From a virus: a DNA stretch of 64,000 nt. This document shows positions 1-9,030 of this stretch, piece by piece; the first letter of the stretch is position 1; each line of letters opens with the position of its first letter. The position numbers and the translations under genes were made by a program. The notes under the pieces are model-generated. The model made no database searches. It was not told the DNA's origin and saw only the letters and a list, made by a program, of their open reading frames with translations. The DNA lies in the IMG/VR virus record IMGVR_UViG_3300027972_000001, positions 1 to 64,000 of that record. One strand, given 5' to 3'.

Positions 1-1382
1 CTATCACTATTCAATAATGATTGCGGAATAACTTGAATATATCCTTGATATTTAGCTATAGTACGTTCTTGCTGAAGAAGAATCATTCTATCTATAACCA
101 CATAAGGAATAAGACGTTTTGGAATAGGATTTTGTAATATATTACGAAGAATACCTTTTTTACCACCAACAGGAAGTTTAGGTGCAAGAGTATGTTTATC
201 ATACCGTTGTACATCACAAGGTTTAGGTTTAAGATAAATTCCACTTACAGCATTTCCAAATCTTTTACCTATATAAACCTCTTCTATCCATTCAGTAATA
301 ATTTCAGTATCAAATTCATTTTGAGTATAGTCTTCTGGAACAACTTCTTCTCTATTAATTCCAAGAGGATCAGTAAATCTTCTTATTTTAACAGGAACTT
401 CAGTTCTCCAAATAATAGTATATTCATCTAATGATTCAGAATTATCAGTTACATCAAATTCTGCATTATTATTAGAAACAAATTGACTATTTTGAGAAGC
501 ATCCCAATTTCTACTTATTAACCAAGTTCCTTTAGTAGAAAATGTACCATCTGTTCTACGAACAAGATTTTTTATATATTCTTTTTCAGTATTACTAAAA
601 TCCTTCCAATATAGTTCTTTAACTTTAGTTAGTGTTGTACGTTGTTTAATAACAAATCCTGTATAATCTTCAACAAATTGTTCATTATTATATATAGGAT
701 ATCCTTCAAGTGGAGATAAAACTGAAGTATAAACTTCATTATTTATAATTTCTCTATATGTATAAAATTCTTCAGTTGCCCACCAATAGAAAAATGCTTG
801 TATTCGTTTAGTATCAAAATCATTTATAGCATTTATAAGTTTTAAAATATTAAATCCATCAATAGCTCTTTTATCAATCCATTCTTCAATTTTTTTCTTA
901 GCAAATTTTTCTATATCAGGAACCTCTTTAGATGGAACACCAGTATTTACATCTGTATTATTATAATATTCATTTAACATATTAATAAGAGCTTGTTGCA
1001 TAAACTTATCAACTTCTTCACGTACTTCTAAATCACGTCTAAGTACACTATCTCCATTAAATACATTTACAGTAAATTTATATGGTAATCCAATATATTC
1101 ACCAATATTACGTTCTCTTACAGTATTAATTAAATCAGTATCTCTAAGTTCACCAGGAAGTTTAGCTAAAGTTTTTTTAGTTTCTGTATCTTTTAAAGGG
1201 CTTATTAAATAATCTAATGATGTAGTACTAATAATACCATTAGCAGCTTCTAACCATAATGTAATATCATCTTTCTTATTTAAAGAAATAGCTTTATTAA
1301 CAAGATAATCATATGTAGGTTTGTAAAAAGAATCTTCTTCTTTTGCACTTCTAGATATTCGTTGATTTAGAAACTCGGTCAT
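1..1382 (-). CDS. Portal protein (crAss-like), 3'-truncated by window edge
   Basis: Not in ORF track. ATG at 1382 starts MTEFLNQRISRSAKEEDSFYKPTYDYL...LPGELRDTDLINTVRERNIGEYIGLPYKFTV, resembling crAss-like portal N-termini. Lies directly downstream of TerL. Confidence 0.85.
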   Translation of the reverse strand, partial: MTEFLNQRISRSAKEEDSFYKPTYDYLVNKAISLNKKDDITLWLEAANGIISTTSLDYLISPLKDTETKKTLAKLPGELRDTDLINTVRERNIGEYIGLPYKFTVNVFNGDSVLRRDLEVREEVDKFMQQALINMLNEYYNNTDVNTGVPSKEVPDIEKFAKKKIEEWIDKRAIDGFNILKLINAINDFDTKRIQAFFYWWATEEFYTYREIINNEVYTSVLSPLEGYPIYNNEQFVEDYTGFVIKQRTTLTKVKELYWKDFSNTEKEYIKNLVRRTDGTFSTKGTWLISRNWDASQNSQFVSNNNAEFDVTDNSESLDEYTIIWRTEVPVKIRRFTDPLGINREEVVPEDYTQNEFDTEIITEWIEEVYIGKRFGNAVSGIYLKPKPCDVQRYDKHTLAPKLPVGGKKGILRNILQNPIPKRLIPYVVIDRMILLQQERTIAKYQGYIQVIPQSLLNSD

Positions 1383-1388
1383 AATAGT

Positions 1389-3701
1389 TTAATTTACTGC
1401 ATATAATCCAAGATCACTTAAAAAAGTTTTTTGTCCTTGTTGATAACTAGGCTTTTTCTTCTTAATAACATAAGCCATTCTTTCAAATGTAAGAACTCGC
1501 AAAGCACTAATCCTATCAAAGTTACCTTTAATACTATATTGTTGTAGCTCTAATAATGTAGGTAAGTCAGGTATATAGTGTAAACGATACACATAACTAC
1601 CATCCTCATTGACATTAAGTATTTCATAAAGCCATTGTTTAAGTTGTATAAGACCATTTACTGCATTATCTCCTTGACCAATAAAAACTCCATATTCATT
1701 AAGTTTAGAATCAGTAATTTTATTATTAACAACAGCTAATGGATTTTTAATTAAACGTGATACTTTATTCCATCGTTTAAAATCTTGTATAACACTACCT
1801 CTATCTGTTTCAGGAAGAGCTTTAGCATTATAATATTCACAACCTTTTAATGCTTCAATAGAACAAGCCTCTTGGGAATCATTCCTTCTTCCAACATATA
1901 CAGCCTGTATTTGATCTCCTGGAACTCCCATATCATTAGGATATGAAAGAACAAATATTGCATTAAGAGAATTTTTAGTAGTTACTTCTTTTATAGTTTT
2001 ATCAATACCAACACTATCAATAACTTCATAATATAAATTATTTGGAATAAGACCATTAATTCTTTTTGGTTCATGATAAATTCTCCATGCTCCAAAAACA
2101 TCATCTTCTTTTTTAAAGGGAACATTAGTAATATATGGATGAATTTTCTCACCTTTATCTCGTAATTGATCATTTGTAAAAAAATCTACATATGATCTTT
2201 TTATACTTCCATCAGCACCTTTTTCTACAATATTATCAAATTGCCCTTCACGATATATTAATGTGCTTTCATTAGCTCTCATAAACTTAATAATATCATT
2301 TAATTCAGTACTACTGAATATATTTTCAGTTTCTAAATTAAATGCTTCACTTGGAGAATTAGCTCTTTGAGAACAATATACAGCATAATCTTCTCCTTTT
2401 AAATGTTTACGTTTAACTAATTTATCTTCAGCATCAAGTAAAAATGATTTAGTAAGAAAACTATTTCCATGTTCATCTATATATGGCTCATAATCCCAAA
2501 TCTGTGGATGAAAGAAACCACAAACAGCATGACGTAATCCTTTATCCCAAACATTTTCAAAAGGCATCATACCATTAATTATAGGATTAAAATATGTATT
2601 ACTAAAATCAACCCAATTTGCTCCTTTAGTACCACCAGTTCCATATACTCTTATAGTACCAACATGTTCAGCACCAGCTTCAGTAGCAGATAAAGTAACA
2701 TTAAGTGCTTGCTGTAGATTAGGAAACTTTCCTGATTCTTCAAAATCTATTTCAACAGCTGCTTTACCAATAGCAGCATCAGGATTATCTTTGCAAGTAA
2801 CACTTATTGCTTTACTTCTAAATCCATATTTTTTATTTCCAGTTTTAGTTAGTTTATAACCTAATTCAATTTGTGTTAAATCTTCACTAAGATAACCTCT
2901 TTTCCAATATGTATGATCTTCATACCAGTCAAGATTAGTTTTCAACATTGAACTAGTAGCACCTGGAGCAGTAAGATAAGATATATCATATGCAGCAAGA
3001 ACAATAGTTACTATAGGATTTAAATTTATAGTATTTGCACTTTGACTGCCTCTCTTATGAGAATATCCTTTACGTCTAGCTTTACCCTTACATAAATGAA
3101 GACCATTTTTAGCTATAAATTCATCAGTTTTAAAATTCCAATAATCTCCATCCCAAAATCTAGGAAAACCATCAACTAATTTTTGTTTAAATTTACCAGC
3201 TTTATCTAATTCATCACGTTCATTTTTTGTGGGTGTACGTTGAATACGACCATAATTTAAATAATTATAATGGTCACCAGTAATATGTAAAGGATGTAAA
3301 TAATCTAATCGTTCTTCATCTGTTGCACAATTATTATAAGCATCAATATCTTTACGATAAAGTTTACAAGGTGCAGTCATACCACCTCTACGGCGTTGTG
3401 TTTCACGCTTCCAAAACGTACTGTAACTTATAGTACCTTCTTTATCAAAACAATAAACTCTAAATAAATCACTCTTTGCACTTTCTTGGAAGATTTTAGC
3501 TACTTCATTAAATAGATGTGTATTAACAAACACAAAATCCATTTTCATTAAAAACCCACCAGAATCACCTACAAGAAAATCTGTATCAGAATCAATATAA
3601 CCTTTAGATGCAGCAGAAGAATAAAATGATTTATCTTCAAATACATAATCTATAAAAGGATGTAATCCAGGAATATATTTATATACTTCTTGATTAATCA
3701 T
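1389..3701 (-). CDS. terL: Terminase large subunit
   Basis: 770 aa. Walker A-like KARRKGYS, Walker B FEESGKF, GTGG motif and C-terminal nuclease motif GNFDRISA, all typical of crAss-like TerL. Confidence 0.93.
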   Translation of the reverse strand: MINQEVYKYIPGLHPFIDYVFEDKSFYSSAASKGYIDSDTDFLVGDSGGFLMKMDFVFVNTHLFNEVAKIFQESAKSDLFRVYCFDKEGTISYSTFWKRETQRRRGGMTAPCKLYRKDIDAYNNCATDEERLDYLHPLHITGDHYNYLNYGRIQRTPTKNERDELDKAGKFKQKLVDGFPRFWDGDYWNFKTDEFIAKNGLHLCKGKARRKGYSHKRGSQSANTINLNPIVTIVLAAYDISYLTAPGATSSMLKTNLDWYEDHTYWKRGYLSEDLTQIELGYKLTKTGNKKYGFRSKAISVTCKDNPDAAIGKAAVEIDFEESGKFPNLQQALNVTLSATEAGAEHVGTIRVYGTGGTKGANWVDFSNTYFNPIINGMMPFENVWDKGLRHAVCGFFHPQIWDYEPYIDEHGNSFLTKSFLLDAEDKLVKRKHLKGEDYAVYCSQRANSPSEAFNLETENIFSSTELNDIIKFMRANESTLIYREGQFDNIVEKGADGSIKRSYVDFFTNDQLRDKGEKIHPYITNVPFKKEDDVFGAWRIYHEPKRINGLIPNNLYYEVIDSVGIDKTIKEVTTKNSLNAIFVLSYPNDMGVPGDQIQAVYVGRRNDSQEACSIEALKGCEYYNAKALPETDRGSVIQDFKRWNKVSRLIKNPLAVVNNKITDSKLNEYGVFIGQGDNAVNGLIQLKQWLYEILNVNEDGSYVYRLHYIPDLPTLLELQQYSIKGNFDRISALRVLTFERMAYVIKKKKPSYQQGQKTFLSDLGLYAVN

Positions 3702-3872
3702 TTAATTCTTATTAAATGCAACAAAAAGTTTTTCAATATATTCTCTACCATCATATGAATTATGAACATACATTATATTACCATTATTTAAAAGATATGC
3801 AATAGGATTACAATCACAATTTTCATTTAAAGTATGTTCTTTAAGATCATTAATTGGAAATACATGCCACAT
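3702..3872 (-). CDS. Small His/Cys metal-binding protein (56 aa)
   Basis: Below ORF-track cutoff: MWHVFPINDLKEHTLNENCDCNPIAYLLNNGNIMYVHNSYDGREYIEKLFVAFNKN. TAATG-coupled to the upstream gene and abuts the terL start. Confidence 0.8.
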   Translation of the reverse strand: MWHVFPINDLKEHTLNENCDCNPIAYLLNNGNIMYVHNSYDGREYIEKLFVAFNKN

Positions 3873-4498
3873 TATGATTCAATTAGATTTCCAGGATCAA
3901 AACTAGATCCTTTTTCTTGTCCACCACGCATAACTGCTGTAACTTTTTCTTCCTCTTCTAAAAGATTCATAGCTTCTCTAAGTTTTTTAGCAGTACTAGG
4001 AACACTTACTGCAATTTCAATAAGTTGTTTTTGATAATTTATTAGTTCAGCAGTTTGTTGAGCATTTAACGTAGATAAATCTAAAGTAGCAGTAAGACTT
4101 TTTTCAATCTTCTCTACTATCTTTTCATTAAGAGTAAATACACGAATAAGTGTTTTAATAGCTTGTTTAGTTGCAGTAAGATGTTCACGTTCATATTGTT
4201 TAATAAATGTAAGTATTAATTCATCAGGTTCATAATCTTTACCAAGACCTGCTTGTTTAGCAGCATATACATGTGCTTCTTTTTCACTTAAACCATGTTG
4301 TGCAGGATATGCTTCAAAGTCACATCTAAAATAAATATATGTAAACTCTTTAAAAGCATAAAGTTTCAGACGACCATCAGGATCGCCTGTTACTTTACCA
4401 CCTCTGTCACGAGATAATATTTTCTTAACATTAGGATTTAATCCAATGCCATCATGATCAAGTTGTACTATCCCATCAACAAGTTTAAAATACTTCAT
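3872..4498 (-). CDS. Helical protein upstream of terL, putative terminase small subunit
   Basis: 208 aa, coiled-coil-like. Function inferred from position. Confidence 0.5.
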   Translation of the reverse strand: MKYFKLVDGIVQLDHDGIGLNPNVKKILSRDRGGKVTGDPDGRLKLYAFKEFTYIYFRCDFEAYPAQHGLSEKEAHVYAAKQAGLGKDYEPDELILTFIKQYEREHLTATKQAIKTLIRVFTLNEKIVEKIEKSLTATLDLSTLNAQQTAELINYQKQLIEIAVSVPSTAKKLREAMNLLEEEEKVTAVMRGGQEKGSSFDPGNLIES

Positions 4499-4501
4499 AA
4501 A

Positions 4502-5062
4502 TTATTTAGTAAGATAATCAAATATACATTTAGCAACAATCTGAGCAAGTATTTGTTTTTTTGCAACATACATTAATATATCTGCTTTGTTAGTAATAAA
4601 ACAAATTTCAATTAATAAATTTTCACAATTTGGTGTCATAAACATAAGATGTTTTCTAACAGAATCAGCTTCAGTTTTAACACCTCTATTTTTAGTATTA
4701 AGACAAGCACTTATATTTTCAGCTAATACTGTACCAAGACCACGTTCAAATTCTGTAGATTTAAATGGAACTAATATTTCAGTTCCTCTAGCAGATTCTA
4801 TATTATATGCATTAAAATGAATATCTATTGCAATATCTCTAGATTTAAGCGTTGTATTAATAATAGCTACAGTTTCTCTAGTTACATATTCATCTGCATC
4901 ACTTAGTACAAGTTTATTAAGGTTATGTAATTCTTTAATAAGTAGATTACGAAATTCAACTGTTAAATTACCTTCTTTAATTCCACCTATACCATCTGCA
5001 CCCATATCTTTTCCAGGTACATTACTATGTCCAGCAGATATAAAAACATTTCTTGTTTCCAT
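4502..5062 (-). CDS. N-acetylmuramoyl-L-alanine amidase (Amidase_3) endolysin
   Basis: Zn/catalytic motifs ISAGH, E in KEGNL, IDIHFNA, GTE and LIEICFITN. Confidence 0.93.
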   Translation of the reverse strand: METRNVFISAGHSNVPGKDMGADGIGGIKEGNLTVEFRNLLIKELHNLNKLVLSDADEYVTRETVAIINTTLKSRDIAIDIHFNAYNIESARGTEILVPFKSTEFERGLGTVLAENISACLNTKNRGVKTEADSVRKHLMFMTPNCENLLIEICFITNKADILMYVAKKQILAQIVAKCIFDYLTK

Positions 5063-5072
5063 AATACTAAGT

Positions 5073-6005
5073 TTAATTGAACATTTTTAATTGACCTTTA
5101 AGTGATCTATTATTAAAATGATGTTTAAACATCAAAGCACTATAATCTCTATAATCAAATAAACTAACTTTATCAACTTTCTCTACATAACCATCTTCAG
5201 TTTCTCTAATTTGATATATTATATTACCTATACTAGTAAATCCAAATTGTTCTAATTGCCAAGCATATCCACTTACTTGTAGATTATAATGAACACCAGT
5301 ACTATCCGCAAGAAAATGTAAAGGATATTTCATATACTTATTAGTATGAATAAAATTAGCAGTAGTCTTTCCATTTATATCTTTTTCAAAATAACCACTT
5401 TCATATCTAATATCATCTTTATTTGTTTTCCAATCTATAATAATAAATGTTTTATCTTTTACAGCAATAAGATCAATCTTACCAGAAATAAGAAAGTCAG
5501 TATTATATACTCCAACTTCAGCATAAAATTTAAAACCATTATTATGTAAAACAATTATAGCATTATATATAATTGGATATCTAAATGCTATACCACTAGT
5601 TAAAAACCATTCTATATCAATAGCGCCAAATGTATTATTAGCTATATCTTCTATAGTAAATAATCTATCTTGAATAAAATCTGTACCTTCTATTGTTCTA
5701 TAATGAGTAGCTTTCTTAACAGTATCTTCTAAATAATTATGTTTTTTATTTCCATTAACTAAAGCAACATCTTTTATTTTAGTCCATCCTAACTTAATTT
5801 CTTCAGCAGTTTTACCTTTATATTTTTGATAATTAGGGTGCATAGGATTTCTACCTATACGTTCACAAGCAAGAGCAACTTTATCGGTTTCAAATTCTTC
5901 ATAATATTTAGCAATTACTGTAGTAGTACTAGTATATTCATTACCGCGATTATCAGTATATTTATGAAGTCTTTCATCAAAAAATATAGTTTGATTAGTA
6001 GTCAT
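5073..6005 (-). CDS. PD-(D/E)XK (RecB/Cas4-like) nuclease
   Basis: Motifs AEVGVY, ISGKIDLI, IIDWKTN and YNLQVSGY. Confidence 0.85.
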   Translation of the reverse strand: MTTNQTIFFDERLHKYTDNRGNEYTSTTTVIAKYYEEFETDKVALACERIGRNPMHPNYQKYKGKTAEEIKLGWTKIKDVALVNGNKKHNYLEDTVKKATHYRTIEGTDFIQDRLFTIEDIANNTFGAIDIEWFLTSGIAFRYPIIYNAIIVLHNNGFKFYAEVGVYNTDFLISGKIDLIAVKDKTFIIIDWKTNKDDIRYESGYFEKDINGKTTANFIHTNKYMKYPLHFLADSTGVHYNLQVSGYAWQLEQFGFTSIGNIIYQIRETEDGYVEKVDKVSLFDYRDYSALMFKHHFNNRSLKGQLKMFN

Positions 6006-6448
6006 TTCTTTAGAAAATCAGGATTAATACTACTACCTTTAACACCATGTTGTTTGAAATATAAAGGAAGTAAAATTTCTTTTTTTCTAGCTTGAATTTT
6101 ATCATTAGCAATATTATAAATAGTCTGATCTACTTTACGAAGATCATCAATATCCATTTCCTTTTTAACATCATCTTTTATCTGTCGTATAATTTCTAAA
6201 GATTCACGATACTGAAAAGATCCTATATTAGGAATTGCAATATTTTTTTTATTACCAATAGCTTTAATAATACTTCTATTCTGTTGATGAAGTATTTCTT
6301 TTAAAATAAATTCTCTATCATTATCTGAAAATCCATTTAAAAAACGTTTAGCATATATTCTAGCTTTACGTTTATGAGAATGAAAAAAAGGTAGAGCCCG
6401 TTTTACAGACTCTACAATCTTTTCAAATACTTCATCATTAGTTTTCAC
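6002..6448 (-). CDS. IHF/HU-like DNA-binding protein
   Basis: NIAIPNIGSFQYR resembles the HU/IHF beta-arm motif; such genes are usual in the crAss packaging module. Confidence 0.55.
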   Translation of the reverse strand: MKTNDEVFEKIVESVKRALPFFHSHKRKARIYAKRFLNGFSDNDREFILKEILHQQNRSIIKAIGNKKNIAIPNIGSFQYRESLEIIRQIKDDVKKEMDIDDLRKVDQTIYNIANDKIQARKKEILLPLYFKQHGVKGSSINPDFLKK

Positions 6449-6792
6449 ACTTCAATATTATATACACCATTATTAAGAGTATAGTGAATATTATAATTAT
6501 TAGAATCTATATTAGCAGTATTTGAATCACAAATAATAATAGGATTACCCCACCAAGGATATGGGTAAGGAGTTATTGGACAAGGAGTTGGACAAGGATT
6601 AGGATATATAGAAATAGGATAAATAGGAATATTTATAGGATCATTCCATATTATTTTAGTATTAGTTTCAATACTAAATTTTTTCCATTCTCCTTGTGGA
6701 AAAAGTTTTTTTAGAACATCATATAATTCAGATAAATTAACTTTATCTTCTATACGAATAACTTTATTATCTAAATCTAATTGTAATTTCAT
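6445..6792 (-). CDS. Hypothetical protein with Pro/Tyr-rich segment
   Basis: 115 aa, coupled to neighbours; contains PNPCPTPCPITPYPYPWW. Confidence 0.75.
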   Translation of the reverse strand: MKLQLDLDNKVIRIEDKVNLSELYDVLKKLFPQGEWKKFSIETNTKIIWNDPINIPIYPISIYPNPCPTPCPITPYPYPWWGNPIIICDSNTANIDSNNYNIHYTLNNGVYNIEV

Positions 6793-6793
6793 A

Positions 6794-7186
6794 TTATTCT
6801 ATATGTGCTAAAATTTGAAATTCAGGAAATATACCATATTGAACAACATCAGCTTTATTATCACCAGTTTCAAGAAGAGCAGTAAGATCTTTCTTAGGCA
6901 TACTTCTATAAAAATCAATAAGACTTTTTATACTTCTTTCATTTCCTTTTACAGGGATATCTACATATTCTTGTGCAATTTTAAAATTGATTTCTTCTCC
7001 AAGAATAAGATCTTTAACAAGTGGTCCAATTCCAGCTACAATATATGTAACTTTTTCATCAGACTTTTCTTCAGGTTTTCCACTAGCAAGTGCAAGAATA
7101 CTTGCTTTAAAATTCATTCTTAGTAAAACATTATTTCCTCTAGGAATAACATTAACTAAAGATTTGCCACGTTCACTGTTTTCCAT
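6794..7186 (-). CDS. GroES-like co-chaperonin
   Basis: VIPRGNNVLL, VAGIGPLVKDLILGEEI and YGIFPEFQILAHIE match the GroES/Cpn10 motif pattern. Confidence 0.65.
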   Translation of the reverse strand: MENSERGKSLVNVIPRGNNVLLRMNFKASILALASGKPEEKSDEKVTYIVAGIGPLVKDLILGEEINFKIAQEYVDIPVKGNERSIKSLIDFYRSMPKKDLTALLETGDNKADVVQYGIFPEFQILAHIE

Positions 7187-7242
7187 TTTAATAATTAATT
7201 TAGTTTAACAATACTTTATATAATATAATCTTTATTATCATT

Positions 7243-7278
7243 AAAAGAAAAACCCCTAGATGCAAGAGCACTAGGGGT
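7243..7278 (-). terminator. Intrinsic terminator after holin-like gene (with competing hairpin)
   Basis: Minus-strand ACCCCTAG-TGCTCTTGCAT-CTAGGGGT followed by TTTTCTTTT. Confidence 0.8.
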
Positions 7279-7326
7279 ATTCCCCTAACTAAAACCAATC
7301 AATGAAACATTAAATAGAGTGTAATC

Positions 7327-7578
7327 TCAAATCTTAGACATATCAGAGCCATTACCCGAATTATTAGTTCCACCTATTCTTAAATTACTAAAAGTATGTT
7401 TAAGAAAATAAAAAGCAATTATAAGATAAACACCACCCCAATATGCAGCAGGAACTTCAACTTTGAAATCATTAGCTATAGTAAAACTAATAATTAAATA
7501 AGCTAATAAACCAAGTGATAAATAACCACCAAATTTTCTAACACTATAAGTACCATCTGGATCTTTTAATGCTTGCAT
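7327..7578 (-). CDS. Putative holin / two-TM membrane protein
   Basis: 83 aa with two hydrophobic helices (GYLSLGLLAYLIISF and AYWGGVYLIIAFYFL). First gene of the minus-strand block that contains the amidase. Confidence 0.55.
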   Translation of the reverse strand: MQALKDPDGTYSVRKFGGYLSLGLLAYLIISFTIANDFKVEVPAAYWGGVYLIIAFYFLKHTFSNLRIGGTNNSGNGSDMSKI

Positions 7579-8102
7579 ACTATTATCCCTTCTTATTTAT
7601 TTTCTATAAATACTTGCGAAAGTTATAAAATTTTTTTAATATAAACAAATTTTTTTTAATATATTTTCATTAGCACTAGTAAATAAAGTTAATTCATAGA
7701 TAATTTAGTACTTATATTATAATTTATCTATTAATTTGAAAAATAAGAGATTTAGTACTAATATAAATGTTAAAATAAGATTTAAATTTAATTAAAATGA
7801 TAATAACATAATAAAATAAGATAAAAATATTGTAAATTATTGTAAAAATTAAAGTGATATAAATAATGATAAAAAATAATCAAATATAATTAAAAATTAT
7901 GATATTAAAAATTAACTTCTATAAGATTTACTAAAGTTAATTGAAATACCCCTTTAAAAAGAAAGATAGTGATAAAATGTAATTGTACTCATGAACCTCC
8001 TGATTCATTACCCCCTACTAGAGTTTGACAATGAAATGCCCCGTCATCATTTTCTGGGGTTAATCATAATTTTGTTTCTAAACATTTAAATTCTAAAACT
8101 TT
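7579..8102. other. Divergent AT-rich intergenic control region (candidate origin or genome-end region)
   Basis: About 520 nt noncoding, extremely AT-rich at 7620-7940. Strand switch between the late and early blocks. Confidence 0.55.
7618..7649 (-). promoter_or_regulatory. Bacteroidota sigma-A-like promoter for the late/lysis operon
   Basis: Minus strand TTTG-N20-TAACTTTC versus consensus TTTG-N19-21-TAnnTTTG; about 40 nt upstream of the ATG at 7578. Confidence 0.6.
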
Positions 8103-8618
8103 ATGAAAACAATTAAGACAGTTCGTGTTAATTTCCTTCGTGTTTATCCAACTGAACGTGAAGTTGAGAGTGCTGTTAACAAGGTCAAAGGTACACGGGC
8201 AGGAGCTCTTGTTCTTATGGACATTCTTCCGCATTCTGAAGGTCAGGCAGAGAACAATGCCATTGAGCTTTCAGGTAAACAGCTTAACAATCTTGCTAGC
8301 ATGCATGGTATCAGATCCGTTGGGCGTGAAGCATGGAATGATCTTGCTATTTACTTAGGTGTTGGCAAGAGTGTTGCTTCCCTTTCTTGCACTGAACATC
8401 AGAAGGGCGATAAGTATGTGGATGGTGAAGGTGTTGAACAGGAATACACCAAAACATCTACTAATTGCAATGTGGACAGTGTGATCCTTCCTGATAGTGT
8501 TACCAAGACTCTGGTTGATAAGACTATTGAGAAGAATATCAACTGGAAAGATCAGAACTCTCTGATTGACGAATTGTTGAAGGGAAAAAGTGAACCTGTA
8601 TTGGAAGGTGTTAAGTAG
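8103..8618 (+). CDS. First early gene, hypothetical, likely highly expressed
   Basis: 171 aa with many AAG/GAG/AAC codons, unlike neighbours. Has its own terminator. Confidence 0.9.
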   Translation: MKTIKTVRVNFLRVYPTEREVESAVNKVKGTRAGALVLMDILPHSEGQAENNAIELSGKQLNNLASMHGIRSVGREAWNDLAIYLGVGKSVASLSCTEHQKGDKYVDGEGVEQEYTKTSTNCNVDSVILPDSVTKTLVDKTIEKNINWKDQNSLIDELLKGKSEPVLEGVK

Positions 8619-8641
8619 GTTTGTTTTGTTATGGTTGGTTG

Positions 8642-8673
8642 AGGTGCTGATAGTGATGTCAGCACCTTTTTTT
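8642..8673 (+). terminator. Intrinsic terminator with GNRA loop
   Basis: AGGTGCTGATA-GTGA-TGTCAGCACCT followed by TTTTTT. Confidence 0.9.
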
Positions 8674-8723
8674 CATCGGCAAATGTGATATGAATTGATA
8701 TTTAAACACCTAATACAAAGGCT

Positions 8724-8933
8724 ATGATAATAACTGTTGGTAAACGTGAAATACATCTAGCACCTTTATGTGAAAGTAATAATATTATTATTAGCATGAA
8801 GAGAGTAGGATATGCTATAATTAATCAAGGTGATGAAGTGATTGATGTGATTGAAAATAGTATGGTAAATGAGATGATTAAGCAAGTTAAACAATTTGAT
8901 AATGTAGATGTGATATTACTTAATGCAAAGTAA
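8724..8933 (+). CDS. Hypothetical protein
   Basis: 69 aa ORF in the early block. Confidence 0.65.
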   Translation: MIITVGKREIHLAPLCESNNIIISMKRVGYAIINQGDEVIDVIENSMVNEMIKQVKQFDNVDVILLNAK

Positions 8934-9030
8934 ATGCGAAGGTCTATTACATCTCTACATTTCAGATCTATTCTAAATGCTACTTTTTCTCTTACTTACA
9001 TCTTGTTTAATCTTTAACACTTATATCATT

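Noticed and set aside
5073-6005. Cas4-like nuclease as part of a CRISPR system
   Set aside because: There is no array or other cas gene, and no Fe-S cysteine set. A PD-(D/E)XK gene near the terminase is usual in crAss-like phages.
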